From positions 544,001 through 608,000 of the forward strand of contig CAVUQO010000003.1 in assembly GCA_963743635.1 (NCBI GenBank): a stretch of DNA of 64,000 nt, written 5' to 3'. The notes under the pieces are model-generated. The model had not been told where the DNA came from and did no database searches. It worked only from the letters and a program-made list of their open reading frames with translations. Position numbers and translations under genes: made by a program. Shown piece by piece: positions 10,360 through 23,044 of this stretch. Numbering within the stretch: position 1 is the stretch's first letter; each line of letters starts with the position of its first letter. Origin of the DNA: Candidatus Babeliales bacterium. Its GTDB lineage: Bacteria; Babelota; Babeliae; Babelales; Vermiphilaceae.

Positions 10360-11342
10360 GTTTTTATTTTCTCTATCCAGGTTATATTTTGTTTCTTACC
10401 GATTGACCATGCATGATGCACCGCATGCATACCACCCCGAGGATTTTGGAGAAATTTCATAATTTCTTGCAAAAACTGTTCGCGAGGAGGGAAAGGAACC
10501 TTTTCATGACAAAGCCAGGAAACGATAAGCCGTTCTTGTATGATGGGGGGTAATGTTATAAGTGACTTTAAGTTTAAACCCTTTTTATCAAACTTGTAAA
10601 GATAAAGACTTTCAAGAAGTTGATTAGCCTCTTGTTCAAGATATTTTTCCAGTGCTTGTAGTCGTGAAATCGTGGCATCGAAAGATTCTTCAAAACGAGC
10701 ATCGCATGCCTTGAGGGCAGGTAATACTTGTTGTCGAATGCGATTACGAAGAAAATCGCTTGAATTATTGGTCGGATCTTCCAGATAGGTTATTGCATTG
10801 GCGTTCAGGTAGGCCATGATATCTTCCTTTGAGATCGAAAGCAGGGGGCGAATAAAGCTCCCATGGCGTGGGCGCATGCCAACCAGGCCTGAGAGAGAGG
10901 TGCCTCGAATCAGGCGAATAAAGAAGGTCTCCTGTTGATCCTGCAAATGATGACCAAGGGCGACGGCCTGAGCCTGATACAGGTTCAGGGTAGACTCAAA
11001 GAAATGGCGTCGAGCCTGGCGCCCAATCTCCTCCAAAGAGCCATTAAATTTCAGCGACAACCCAAGATCTGAAAATTTCAGGGTAACGAATTGTACCCCC
11101 AGGGCATCAGCTGCTTCCTGGCAAAATTTGACGTCTTTGGCTGAATCAACTCGCCAGCCGTGGTCCAGGTGCGCAGCTATCAGAGTCAGGTTCATCTCAG
11201 TGCGAATTGAGGCGAGAAAGTGGAGTAAAAAGAGCGAATCTGGCCCGCCTGAGAGCCCAATAATGATGGTGTCCCCTGGCTTTATCAGCTGGTCTTTTTC
11301 GATTGCGGCTATAATTTTTGAAAATAGGGCGTCTTTATTCAT
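10356..11342 (-). CDS. tilS: tRNA(Ile)-lysidine synthetase
   Basis: SGGPDS PP-loop, HLDHGWR, GHHLQDQQET, RPLL, RNRIR. Confidence 0.95.
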   Translation of the reverse strand: MNKDALFSKIIAAIEKDQLIKPGDTIIIGLSGGPDSLFLLHFLASIRTEMNLTLIAAHLDHGWRVDSAKDVKFCQEAADALGVQFVTLKFSDLGLSLKFNGSLEEIGRQARRHFFESTLNLYQAQAVALGHHLQDQQETFFIRLIRGTSLSGLVGMRPRHGSFIRPLLSISKEDIMAYLNANAITYLEDPTNNSSDFLRNRIRQQVLPALKACDARFEESFDATISRLQALEKYLEQEANQLLESLYLYKFDKKGLNLKSLITLPPIIQERLIVSWLCHEKVPFPPREQFLQEIMKFLQNPRGGMHAVHHAWSIGKKQNITWIEKIKT

Positions 11343-11484
11343 AGTTATAAGTGTAACGGTCTATTGGTATAAAGTAAAACGTCATATTTAGGATATAAAG
11401 TTACGTTAAGTGGCTCCTAGAGCTACCGTTAGATTTGGCCGGATAATAGCGTATACTGGTAATTATGAAGGGGAGGATTCTATT

Positions 11485-12300
11485 ATGCGTAACGCATTTC
11501 TTTATATAGTATTATTCGTTCAGGCATGTACCACGTATGCCGGGGTAATTGAGCATCAAGTATACCGTGAATTGCCGACTTTGGGTAAAGAGCTCTATCT
11601 CTATGGTGAGGAGCATACGAACCCTTTTGATGATGAGGCGATGGCTCAACGTGAGGAACTTGCTGAATCCATCAACACGCTTCTTGATGCTCATCAAGAG
11701 CCGGTAAGTTGTTACCTTGAGTGTGATACCAAGCTAAAAAAAGATTTACAAAAAACATCATATTTCGAATTGCGGGATATCTGTAATCGCGGGGCCTATT
11801 TTGAACAATGGTATGTTCCATTGGCGCGTGGCTATAGCAATGAAGTAAAAACTGGCCGTTTGTGCCTTTCGAGTTTTGATATCCGTGATGAGCAGTACGC
11901 GAAGTTCGAACATACTTTACGATCACTTGCAGCCGGTGAAATGACGGCCGATGAGGTTGACTACGATCAACTGCATACATGGGCAGAAGGCGTAGATGAT
12001 ACGGTACAGGATCTTTTTGATCAGGTTCAGGAACATTATCCTAAAAAAATGATTTCATATATTAATCGCGATATGCAGCGCAAAAGAAAACGTTTCATGC
12101 GTCTGATTGATACGAAAAAACAAACTTTTAAAAAAGCACGATATAATAATCGCGCCCTTGAAGATTTCTATGGCTATACCGATTTGCTCGCCGATTTCAC
12201 CATTCTGAATAAAGTGGCCAACGATCCGCGTGATGCAATTATCATCCACGCCGGGGCTGCTCATACTGAGAATATCTCTCACTATCTCAATCAATTATAG
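11485..12300 (+). CDS. Secreted protein with EreA/ChaN/Tiki-like motifs
   Basis: GGAGG RBS before MRNAFLY; LYGEEH, YLE, FDIRD and IIHAGAAH motifs. Confidence 0.6.
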   Translation: MRNAFLYIVLFVQACTTYAGVIEHQVYRELPTLGKELYLYGEEHTNPFDDEAMAQREELAESINTLLDAHQEPVSCYLECDTKLKKDLQKTSYFELRDICNRGAYFEQWYVPLARGYSNEVKTGRLCLSSFDIRDEQYAKFEHTLRSLAAGEMTADEVDYDQLHTWAEGVDDTVQDLFDQVQEHYPKKMISYINRDMQRKRKRFMRLIDTKKQTFKKARYNNRALEDFYGYTDLLADFTILNKVANDPRDAIIIHAGAAHTENISHYLNQL

Positions 12301-12329
12301 AATCCGAATAAGAATAATTCCTTCATTTG

Positions 12330-13097
12330 TTAGTTATGGGGGAAGATCTGTGCCATATGATGGGCGATAACGTGACACGTAAGTGCGAGTTGGTAATTGT
12401 AAATCGGTTGAGGGACGATCATTCGCCTCTGAGATTCGGGTGGCAGTTGCATAATGGCTGGTTCTCCATGAATGGGAGTGCTAACGATCGTTGCTTGAGC
12501 AGTATTACGTATGAATTTTTTTTTGTGCTCCTTTTTGAGGGGTACTTCAATGAGGGTGTGAACTCTGGCTGGATTGTGATCATGGTTTTTGAATAGTATG
12601 TGCGCAATATGGGCAGTGTGCTGAAGGCTTTTATGATATGAGCCGTGATGCTCGTGATTGAGTATGTATTGGCGTTTTCCATCCGCTTTCTGTTCTTCAT
12701 AGAGTGCAATTGAATATTCATCCAGAGGAATTTCCGTGGGTGCATTTATCGATGGTTTAGATGTTGTCGCGCCGGATCGTTTGAATCTATTGTTACGTTT
12801 AGTGACGGTTGTCCATCCTTTTTGTGCGATTTCTTTAAGAAGGCTTTCAGGGAGAGGGGGCTTGGCGATATCGGATGAAGAATCATCGATATTAACAAAA
12901 ACATAATCATCATCAGGTGAAATGCTGGTAGATGTCTTTAGTGCTACATTGATAATTTGAAAGGGTTCTTCGGGTTTTCTGATACTGGAAGGCAGTTGAC
13001 CTTCCCAAGCTTTATGCGAATCGCTTTGTCCTTGGCCTGCGTTGATCGGTGCGTTGCAGAGCGATCCTACGAGCAAAATAATAAGACTATATATCAT
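12330..13097 (-). CDS. Secreted hypothetical protein
   Basis: Signal peptide, AAGGA RBS. Confidence 0.7.
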   Translation of the reverse strand: MIYSLIILLVGSLCNAPINAGQGQSDSHKAWEGQLPSSIRKPEEPFQIINVALKTSTSISPDDDYVFVNIDDSSSDIAKPPLPESLLKEIAQKGWTTVTKRNNRFKRSGATTSKPSINAPTEIPLDEYSIALYEEQKADGKRQYILNHEHHGSYHKSLQHTAHIAHILFKNHDHNPARVHTLIEVPLKKEHKKKFIRNTAQATIVSTPIHGEPAIMQLPPESQRRMIVPQPIYNYQLALTCHVIAHHMAQIFPHN

Positions 13098-13195
13098 GAT
13101 AATATTCCTTTTTGATGGTGAATTGATATTACATGCGATTCATTATATGCGATTTCGTATGAGTTGCCATTAACTTTGCTATATTTTAAATAATA

Positions 13196-13233
13196 AAAAG
13201 CCGCCATTACTGTGGGTAGAAATGGCGGCTTTT
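13196..13233 (-). terminator. Terminator
   Basis: aaaagccgccatt / aatggcggctttt stem. Confidence 0.7.
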
Positions 13234-13255
13234 ATATTTATCAACGCGAAAGATA

Positions 13256-13756
13256 TTATTTTTGATTATTTTTGTAGAGTTGGTGCGTTGAATGCTTTAC
13301 AGCTCCACGCTCTTTGCTTGAATAAAACTCTCTGGCAAAAGAATCATCAGATGATTTGGCAAGCTCACCATATTCTTCGCACAGATTAGCTGATTTACCA
13401 TCATCATAATCTATTGGAGACATACGCGGACTGCCAATCTTAGTAGTTTTAAGATCGTTAGTACTCTCGTCATCTGAAGAAGATGATTGTGTGTCGCCAT
13501 ATGCATCATATGTTTCATGTGTCTTTTTTGCTACGGCAGCTGCTAGATTGGGTGCAGATGATGAATGCATAACGGGAGCAGGCGTTGCGTTAGAGCTGGA
13601 GCCAATGGATGCCACTTTTGTTGCAAGCGTGCGCTTCTTCTGTGATGGTTGTATGGCAATAGGCGCAGAAGCTGGTTGCTGAGTTGGTTTTTCATCCATC
13701 GCATATACAAGAGTAGTATTGAGAGCGATCACCAAAGTGTATTGAATCATTTTCAT
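13256..13756 (-). CDS. Secreted Ser-rich hypothetical protein
   Basis: Signal peptide ending VYA-M, disordered composition. Confidence 0.7.
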   Translation of the reverse strand: MKMIQYTLVIALNTTLVYAMDEKPTQQPASAPIAIQPSQKKRTLATKVASIGSSSNATPAPVMHSSSAPNLAAAVAKKTHETYDAYGDTQSSSSDDESTNDLKTTKIGSPRMSPIDYDDGKSANLCEEYGELAKSSDDSFAREFYSSKERGAVKHSTHQLYKNNQK

Positions 13757-13787
13757 GTAATATTCTTTCTTTTAAAGTTTTTTCTTA

Positions 13788-14147
13788 CTAATTTTTTTCC
13801 ATGGTCTGCATTAAGGTAGCGAATACCGTGTTTCTTGCTAACTCGCTCGAAAATGGATTTGATCCAAAATATTCTTTGACGTATGAAGGGCCATGCTGAA
13901 TTGGCTCGCTCGGGAGGTCTTTGATCGTTACATTTGGTTGAGGTGCAGGCGTTTTAGACATTGCGAGCGCAGCAGCTACCGTCATTTGCAAATCATCTGA
14001 ATCTGCAAAATGATTGGAATCGTGTGAGCGTATTTCTTTATTGGTTTTCTTAATAATAGTTTTTTTTCTATCGAATGAGTGTGTTCCCGCTTGTATTGCG
14101 CCAGAAATAAGTAACGTTGATAAAAGTAGATATTGGGATAATTTCAT
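13788..14147 (-). CDS. Secreted hypothetical protein
   Basis: Probable start MKLSQYLLL, signal peptide. Confidence 0.65.
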   Translation of the reverse strand: MKLSQYLLLSTLLISGAIQAGTHSFDRKKTIIKKTNKEIRSHDSNHFADSDDLQMTVAAALAMSKTPAPQPNVTIKDLPSEPIQHGPSYVKEYFGSNPFSSELARNTVFATLMQTMEKN

Positions 14148-14397
14148 AAAGTTCTTTTTTGATAATAATTGATACAAAATTGATAGTGTTTAAAATCGCT
14201 GCTTTGTGTTGAGTGCATTAATCCTTTTCATTCCTTCTATGCCATATTGTCAATTTATTCAAGAGGTTACCTATTATAATAAATGAATTTGTATATGGCT
14301 ATATATTTCATAAAGAAATATTAAACAAGACGCGTGGATTTAAAGATTAATAATATTACAGAGTGTTTTAAAAAATGCATCAAAATATCAAGAGGTG

Positions 14398-14435
14398 AAA
14401 AAGGCATCATATGGTTTCCCACATGATGCCCTTTT
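14398..14435 (-). terminator. gyrB terminator
   Basis: ggcatcat / atgatgcc stem with A/T tracts. Confidence 0.6.
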
Positions 14436-14470
14436 CTTTGCGATTATAACTAATCTAAAATGCAGTAACG

Positions 14471-16906
<2,436 letters not shown>

Positions 16907-17217
16907 ACCTAATCTCCTGACCGACAATGGTGGTTTTTCTTTAAAAATATTTGAAATTCTACGATTTTTTATGTTATTAAGTTTACCCTATAACAGCATT
17001 TTTGCTACTTTTTTGCTGGGTTATTATGTATACTAGTATCGATGTACAATAAAAAAATCTAGTGTTTTGTATTACTTCATAAAAAAGCAAGGGCTTAGCC
17101 AAAACTACGTGAAAGTGTGGATGAACTAGATTCTTATTTGCAAAATGGTCGAATTATGAAGGGCATATGTATGTTTACTCTAATTACTCATATGAACACA
17201 ATTAAAATGAGTATAAT

Positions 17218-17692
<475 letters not shown>

Positions 17693-17696
<4 letters not shown>

Positions 17697-18054
17697 AGCA
17701 AGCGGGCAACCCAGATGCTTTTGCTCATGTTAAACGTGAGTTAGAGGAGCGAAAGTCGCTAGCTCGAGGATGAGATGCGCCAATCGAATGAGGAAAAGGT
17801 TACTGATGATCAGGTTCAGGATCCAGGCGATCAGACTGCTTCAGTCTACCATGGAGACCCTAAAGAGTTCCATGCAAGATAGCCGGATTGCTGAGTATAA
17901 TCGCGTCGTGAAGGCGATCGAGATGCTCAATGAGGGGACATATGGAGTATGTGTTGATTGTGAAGGGCCAATCTCTGAAAAGCGGCTTAAATCATTTCCC
18001 AATTCAACCCGCTGTATTTCCTGCCAAGAGGCGTATGAGGAACAACGCGATTAG
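17693..18054 (+). CDS. dksA: DksA/TraR C4 zinc-finger protein, frameshifted
   Basis: DPGD-type coiled-coil tip in one frame; YGVCVDC...RL...CISCQ in another. Confidence 0.8.
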
Positions 18055-18103
18055 TCCACATTTTTCCGTGGTTATTGCTTAAAAACCGTGGTATAATAGC
18101 GAT

Positions 18104-18222
18104 AGTTGCGAAAAAGCCGCTATGGCCTGCCAGGTAGTGATGAATCCTAACAGTAGGTCGTCGGCCCCAATCAGATCCTTGGGTTGAGAAACGAGTCAAT
18201 GCGGTGACATTTTGACTTTTTC
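18104..18222 (+). ncRNA. Candidate structured RNA or leader
   Basis: Extended -10 (TGgTATAAT, 18089-18097), GC-rich multi-stem region, final hairpin followed by a U tract. Confidence 0.35.
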
Positions 18223-18294
18223 CCTCAATTGAGTATCATATAAAATAAGCTCATATTCATTATGTTATAGTGTTCCAAAAGGTTTTTTGTACAT

Positions 18295-18720
18295 ATGGAA
18301 AAGAAAACTGCACATACCCCAAAAAAAATGCTCCATTAGGTCATGGCGTTGGTCGTAGAAAATCAGCTGTCGCTCGTGTCTGGTTGAGACGGGGAAAAGG
18401 TAAAATCGTTGTCAATGATAAAGCAATCTGAAAGATATTTTCAAACGGAAATGACTCGAGCAGATGTTATCAAGACCTTTCGCGGTAGCTCCTATGAGTG
18501 CTTCAGTACGATGTGTTCGCACGTGTAAATGGCGGTGGCCTATGCGCCCAAGCTGATGCGGTAAAACTTGGTATTGCACGCGCATTCCTTGATGTCGACG
18601 CTACGCTTACGTCCAGTTCTGCGTCAGAATGATCTTTTAACCGTAGATTCTCGCAATAAAGAGCGTAAAAAATACGGTCAAAAAGCTGCTCGTCGTAAGT
18701 TCCAATTCGTAAAACGTTAA
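18295..18720 (+). CDS. rpsI: 30S ribosomal protein S9, frameshifted, not in the ORF track
   Basis: [33 protein letters not shown] and [24 protein letters not shown] read manually. Confidence 0.93.
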
Positions 18721-18803
18721 AATCTGGTCTCTTTTTATATTCATGCTATGATGCAGTACATATAAAAAGAGGCATTTGATTTTATACTAGAAAAGGATTT
18801 GGA

Positions 18804-20650
18804 ATGTGCGGTATCGTTGGCTATATAGGCAAAAATTACAGTCGAGACTTTGTGCTTGAAGGGTTAGCCCGGCTTAGAATATCGAGGGTATGATTCTGCA
18901 GGTTTTGCCTGTATCGATCCTCAAGATAGTCGACTTTTCTATCATAAAGCGGCAGGTCGTTTAACGAATCTCGTCGAAAAATGTGAACAAATCACACATC
19001 GATGGTCATTTGGGTATCGGCCATACACGTTGGTCTACCCATGGCATCCCATCAGAAAAAAATGCTCATCCGCAATTTGATTGCAATAAAACAATCTCGA
19101 TTATCCATAATGGCATTATCGAAAATCATCATGTGCTCAGAAAACAGCTTGAAGATACTGGTCATATATTCCATTCTCAAACAGATACTGAAATAGTTGC
19201 CCATCTTTTAGAATCATATCTTGCAACCCATAAAACATTTAAAGCCGCCGTGGTTGATTTAGTAAGTCAGCTTGAAGGCGCATATGCGTTTGTAGCGCTA
19301 TTGGAAGATCATCCTGATGTGATGGTTCTCATTCGTAAGCGTTCTCCACTGTGCGTTGGCATTGGTGATGATGAAATGTTTGTGGCATCGGATTTGTTGG
19401 CGTTTGCCGATAAAACAAAAAAAGTGCTTTTCATGCCGGATGAAAGTATTGCCTTTGTTAAGAAAAATAGAATTGAGCTGTATGATTTTCCGGGTAATGT
19501 TATTCCGATACATATTCAAGAAATTACAACGCAATGGTCTGCCTTTGAAAAAAGCGGCCATGAGCATTACATGCTTAAAGAAATTTATCAACAAAAAACC
19601 GCTATTCACGATACGATCACGTTTCTTCATTCGATCCGTAATCGCACATGGGATCACCTTGGTCTTACCGTTGAGCAGGTGCATAATCTGGATCGCTTGC
19701 ATCTTATTGGGTGTGGTACTTCGTGGCATGCAGGGCTCATCGCAGAATTTTTCTTTGAGCAAATTTGCATGATCCCGACCGAAGTGCATCTTGCATCAGA
19801 ATTTCGCTATTGCCATTTTTTCCCCGATAAGAAAGGTGCTTACATCATGATTTCTCAATCGGGTGAAACGGCGGATACGCTTGAAGCATTGCGATATGAT
19901 CAGCATTACAAAATTACCCACCATTGCATTAACCAACGTTGCATCGAGCACTATGGTGCGTGAAGCAGATGGCTTTTTACTGACGCAAGCGGGACAAGAG
20001 GTTGCCGTAGCTTCTACAAAAGCATTTTCTACTCAAGTGGCAGCATTATATTGGTTAGCTCATCGCATTGCGCTTGAGAAAAAGTTGATCACTGAAGCTC
20101 AAATGGATCAGGCTGAAGAAGATTTATTGGTGGTGGCTGAAGTGCTTGAAAATAGCATTGAAAACTATAAAATTGATATCGTGCAAACGATTGCACCACG
20201 TTATGCGAAATACAAAAAAGTTATTTTTTTGGGACGCAATATTAGTTATCCGTTTGCAATGGAAGCCGCATTAAAACTTAAAGAAATTTCTTATATTTTT
20301 GCACAATGTTATCCTGCTGGTGAATTAAAGCATGGAGCGCTCGCATTGGTTGATGCCGAAACGCCCGTCTTTATCTTCTCTCATCAAGATCCACTGATTT
20401 ATCAAAAATTGGTTTCTAATGCACAGGAAGTAAAAGCGCGTGGGGCTCATATCGTCGTCTTTGCTTTTGATGGCCAAGATGAATTATTTCGCTTGCAGAT
20501 CAAGTCTTTATCATGCCTCGCGTGCGTCCATTACTCGGCCCACTGGCGATGACCGGCCTCATGCAATTCTTGGTCTATCATATGGCTAAAGTCCTTGGCT
20601 GCCCGATTGATAAACCGCGCAACTTGGCAAAATCAGTAACAGTTGAATAA
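18804..20650 (+). CDS. glmS: Glutamine--fructose-6-phosphate aminotransferase, several frameshifts
   Basis: MCGIVG, GHTRW, SQSGETADT, VASTKAF, ELKHG, PRNLAKSVTVE-stop. Confidence 0.96.
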
Positions 20651-20663
20651 CGAACTATAGAAT

Positions 20664-20710
20664 AAATAAGAACCCCCAGAGAACCATACGGCTTTCTGGG
20701 GGTCTTATTT
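20664..20710 (+). terminator. glmS terminator
   Basis: aaataagaacccccaga / tctgggggtcttattt stem. Confidence 0.7.
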
Positions 20711-20775
20711 ATTTCTGATATTTTGTGTTATCCTGATAATAATATTGCATGAATCATACATAAGGGAATCATAGT

Positions 20776-21291
20776 ATGACTATTATATCTAAAGTGACTC
20801 GTAAGAATCCAATGGCATTATTGCTTGGCATAATCGCATTAACCGGCATTACAGCACGGGCAATGGATGACCAAAGGGCAGCCCAGATAATCAAAAATAT
20901 GGAATGCCCAAGCGTAGAGGATGTATTGGAAGTATATTCGAAAGTAGAATCGGAAGAAGTGCAAATATTTGATGTTTATGAATGTTTTCTAAAAGATCCA
21001 CAGGTTAAGGGTATGGATCGTGAAGAAGTGAGTAAAGCTCTGCAGGATTTTGGGAGGCAAGCTCAGGGAGTTAACCCACCGTATTCTTATGACTCAGTTG
21101 AAGAGCTTGGTAATACATTTAAGGTTCTTGAGCATGGGGGAAGGCTAAATGTAACGACACTCAGAGGTGCCCTAGAGTTAGATCAATACAAAGATCAAGA
21201 GTTATCAATAAAAAATGCTATCGCAAGTTACGAAAAGTTCAGTACAATACTTGGCGAAATTGTTAAAATTCTGAAATACACTGGAAACTAA
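20776..21291 (+). CDS. Secreted hypothetical protein
   Basis: Signal peptide ending ARA-M; flanked by terminators. Confidence 0.7.
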   Translation: MTIISKVTRKNPMALLLGIIALTGITARAMDDQRAAQIIKNMECPSVEDVLEVYSKVESEEVQIFDVYECFLKDPQVKGMDREEVSKALQDFGRQAQGVNPPYSYDSVEELGNTFKVLEHGGRLNVTTLRGALELDQYKDQELSIKNAIASYEKFSTILGEIVKILKYTGN

Positions 21292-21308
21292 AAATAACTG
21301 AATAACTA

Positions 21309-21350
21309 AAAAAAGGCAGAGCCCCAAAATTTCGGGGCTCTGCCTTTTTT
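21309..21350. terminator. Bidirectional terminator
   Basis: aaaaaaggcagagcccc / ggggctctgcctttttt. Confidence 0.85.
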
Positions 21351-21359
21351 ATAGCAAAG

Positions 21360-21434
21360 CTACTTAATCTCAGTAAACTGTATCTTCTCATTGCTTAAAT
21401 AATGTTTCTTCATAAATTCAAGCGATTCTTTACG
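21360..21434 (-). pseudogene. Displaced duplicate of the last 25 codons of ctpA
   Basis: Translates RKESLEFMKKHYLSNEKIQFTEIK-stop against ctpA RKESLEFMKKHYLSNEKIEFTEIK-stop; 63/75 nt identical to 23045-23119. Confidence 0.9.
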
Positions 21435-21442
21435 GAAGGGGA

Positions 21443-23005
21443 TTACTTGATTCCCGACCCTTCAGATTTAAGAGCAGCTTCTTGAGGCCTCTTTTCTTTA
21501 ATGCGTTTTCTCGCTCGAGGAAGCATCTTTGAAGTGAATGTGGTTGCACCCTTAACGCCTTTATAATAGTTGGCAGCTTTTTGTTGCGTTTTTATCACTT
21601 GCTGTGCAAATATTTTTTCCTCTTCAGTCATAGTGCTTTCATCACCAAATTGAATGATTCGTCCATTATTTGCAAGGAATTGGGAGAAAAGGGATGCATG
21701 CTTTAATGGATCGCGCGTGATGAGAACCACGCCCGTTGGATCATTCAGTTTTGTTCCATGAACTCCGAGTATTTGAAATGTCTGAGAATCTTTTTTTAAA
21801 ACTGCAGCTTTAGTCCGAGAGTGAAAATATTCACCCGCGGTAAAGAAGCTTATTGCAGTAAAGAGGGGTGCGATAAAAAAAAGATCGGAACTTCGATTAT
21901 CAATATAATCCCTTTTATTGATGAGTAAGGCGTAGCCCGCGTTTTTTCTTAAAAATAAATAAGCGCATGCGGTGGGATCATTGAATATTCCAGCAAAAAG
22001 AGAGTTACCAAAAGATATAGAATAAGGTTTCAATGTATTTTGTTTGTATTCTTTTTCAAAAGATGCTTCTTGTGAATTGAGGACTGTAGTACCAGCGAGA
22101 ATCTTATTTTCTGACTTATTACCAACTATTGCAGGTTCGAATTTTATAAAAGATGTACCACGCACAACTATTGCCTTATTGAGCTTTCTCGCTTCATATT
22201 CTATATCAATATAATGTGAAATTATTTGATATTCAAACTCTGATCCTATGCCAAGGAAAAATTCTCTAGCTAATCTCGGATCATAATTTTCGTCGGCTAG
22301 TAACTGATTGACGAACGAACTTAAAATTTCCATTGCTTTATCTTTAATCAGATCGCAGCATTCGAGTGAGTTTTTGCAAGAGCGAAGATTTGGATATGAT
22401 TCTAACAAAAGATTGACGATTGCATCATTCATATAATAATGAAGATCATGACCAGGCTTAACAATTCTTTGATTCATGTTCTGATATATCGTCTTAATAT
22501 CTTGTCTTATTTCCTCAGCTTCTTTTTTACTCTCTATTATTGGATTTAGTCTCAGTGTATGACTTTTAGGGTCAGACATCTCTTTTTTTATATCCATCGG
22601 AATGGTAGGTTCACTCGTTTCATTGGGTATAAGCAGATCTAATATTAGATAGAGCTCATAGAGTGCGGTTGGAAAAAAAATAACGCGATAGGTATTATTC
22701 CCCGTTGCATGCTGTATCTTTTTTTCTATCCAAAGCTCTTCGGCATTTGGCTTATCGGGTGTAAAGAGATCCCCCGTTTCAGCGAGTACCTTGCGCCGTT
22801 CGGTAATTGGATCGAGCGCATACGCAGCGCTTGCAGGCCATTGGTATTGTAACAATATTTTTTCGATAACTGGGTTGTTTTTTTTATCCGAATCATCGAG
22901 TGGCGTAAAGCCGGCTTCAGTTTGCTTGAGAATAAGCAGTTCTGCGTGGGCGATTCGTGAGCAAAACAGCAAGCTTATTGCAAATAAACGAATTTTTGAA
23001 TACAT
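21443..23005 (-). CDS. Secreted 520-aa hypothetical protein, possible ADP-ribosyltransferase-like C-terminal domain
   Basis: Signal peptide; VVRG...YSISF...GEYFH arrangement; function is inferred. Confidence 0.7.
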   Translation of the reverse strand: MYSKIRLFAISLLFCSRIAHAELLILKQTEAGFTPLDDSDKKNNPVIEKILLQYQWPASAAYALDPITERRKVLAETGDLFTPDKPNAEELWIEKKIQHATGNNTYRVIFFPTALYELYLILDLLIPNETSEPTIPMDIKKEMSDPKSHTLRLNPIIESKKEAEEIRQDIKTIYQNMNQRIVKPGHDLHYYMNDAIVNLLLESYPNLRSCKNSLECCDLIKDKAMEILSSFVNQLLADENYDPRLAREFFLGIGSEFEYQIISHYIDIEYEARKLNKAIVVRGTSFIKFEPAIVGNKSENKILAGTTVLNSQEASFEKEYKQNTLKPYSISFGNSLFAGIFNDPTACAYLFLRKNAGYALLINKRDYIDNRSSDLFFIAPLFTAISFFTAGEYFHSRTKAAVLKKDSQTFQILGVHGTKLNDPTGVVLITRDPLKHASLFSQFLANNGRIIQFGDESTMTEEEKIFAQQVIKTQQKAANYYKGVKGATTFTSKMLPRARKRIKEKRPQEAALKSEGSGIK

Positions 23006-23044
23006 AAATTTTCCCTTTTTTTTAGTGCGCTCGGTACGGGCGCG

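Noticed and set aside
13950..14010. Ubiquitin-interacting motif (DDLQMTVAAALAMS)
   Set aside because: Spacing differs from UIM consensus by several residues; too weak alone.
18130..18200. Hammerhead or glmS ribozyme
   Set aside because: gtgatga...gaaac resembles the hammerhead core, but CUGANGA is not intact and stems I/III cannot be formed. It also lacks glmS-ribozyme consensus and is not directly upstream of glmS.
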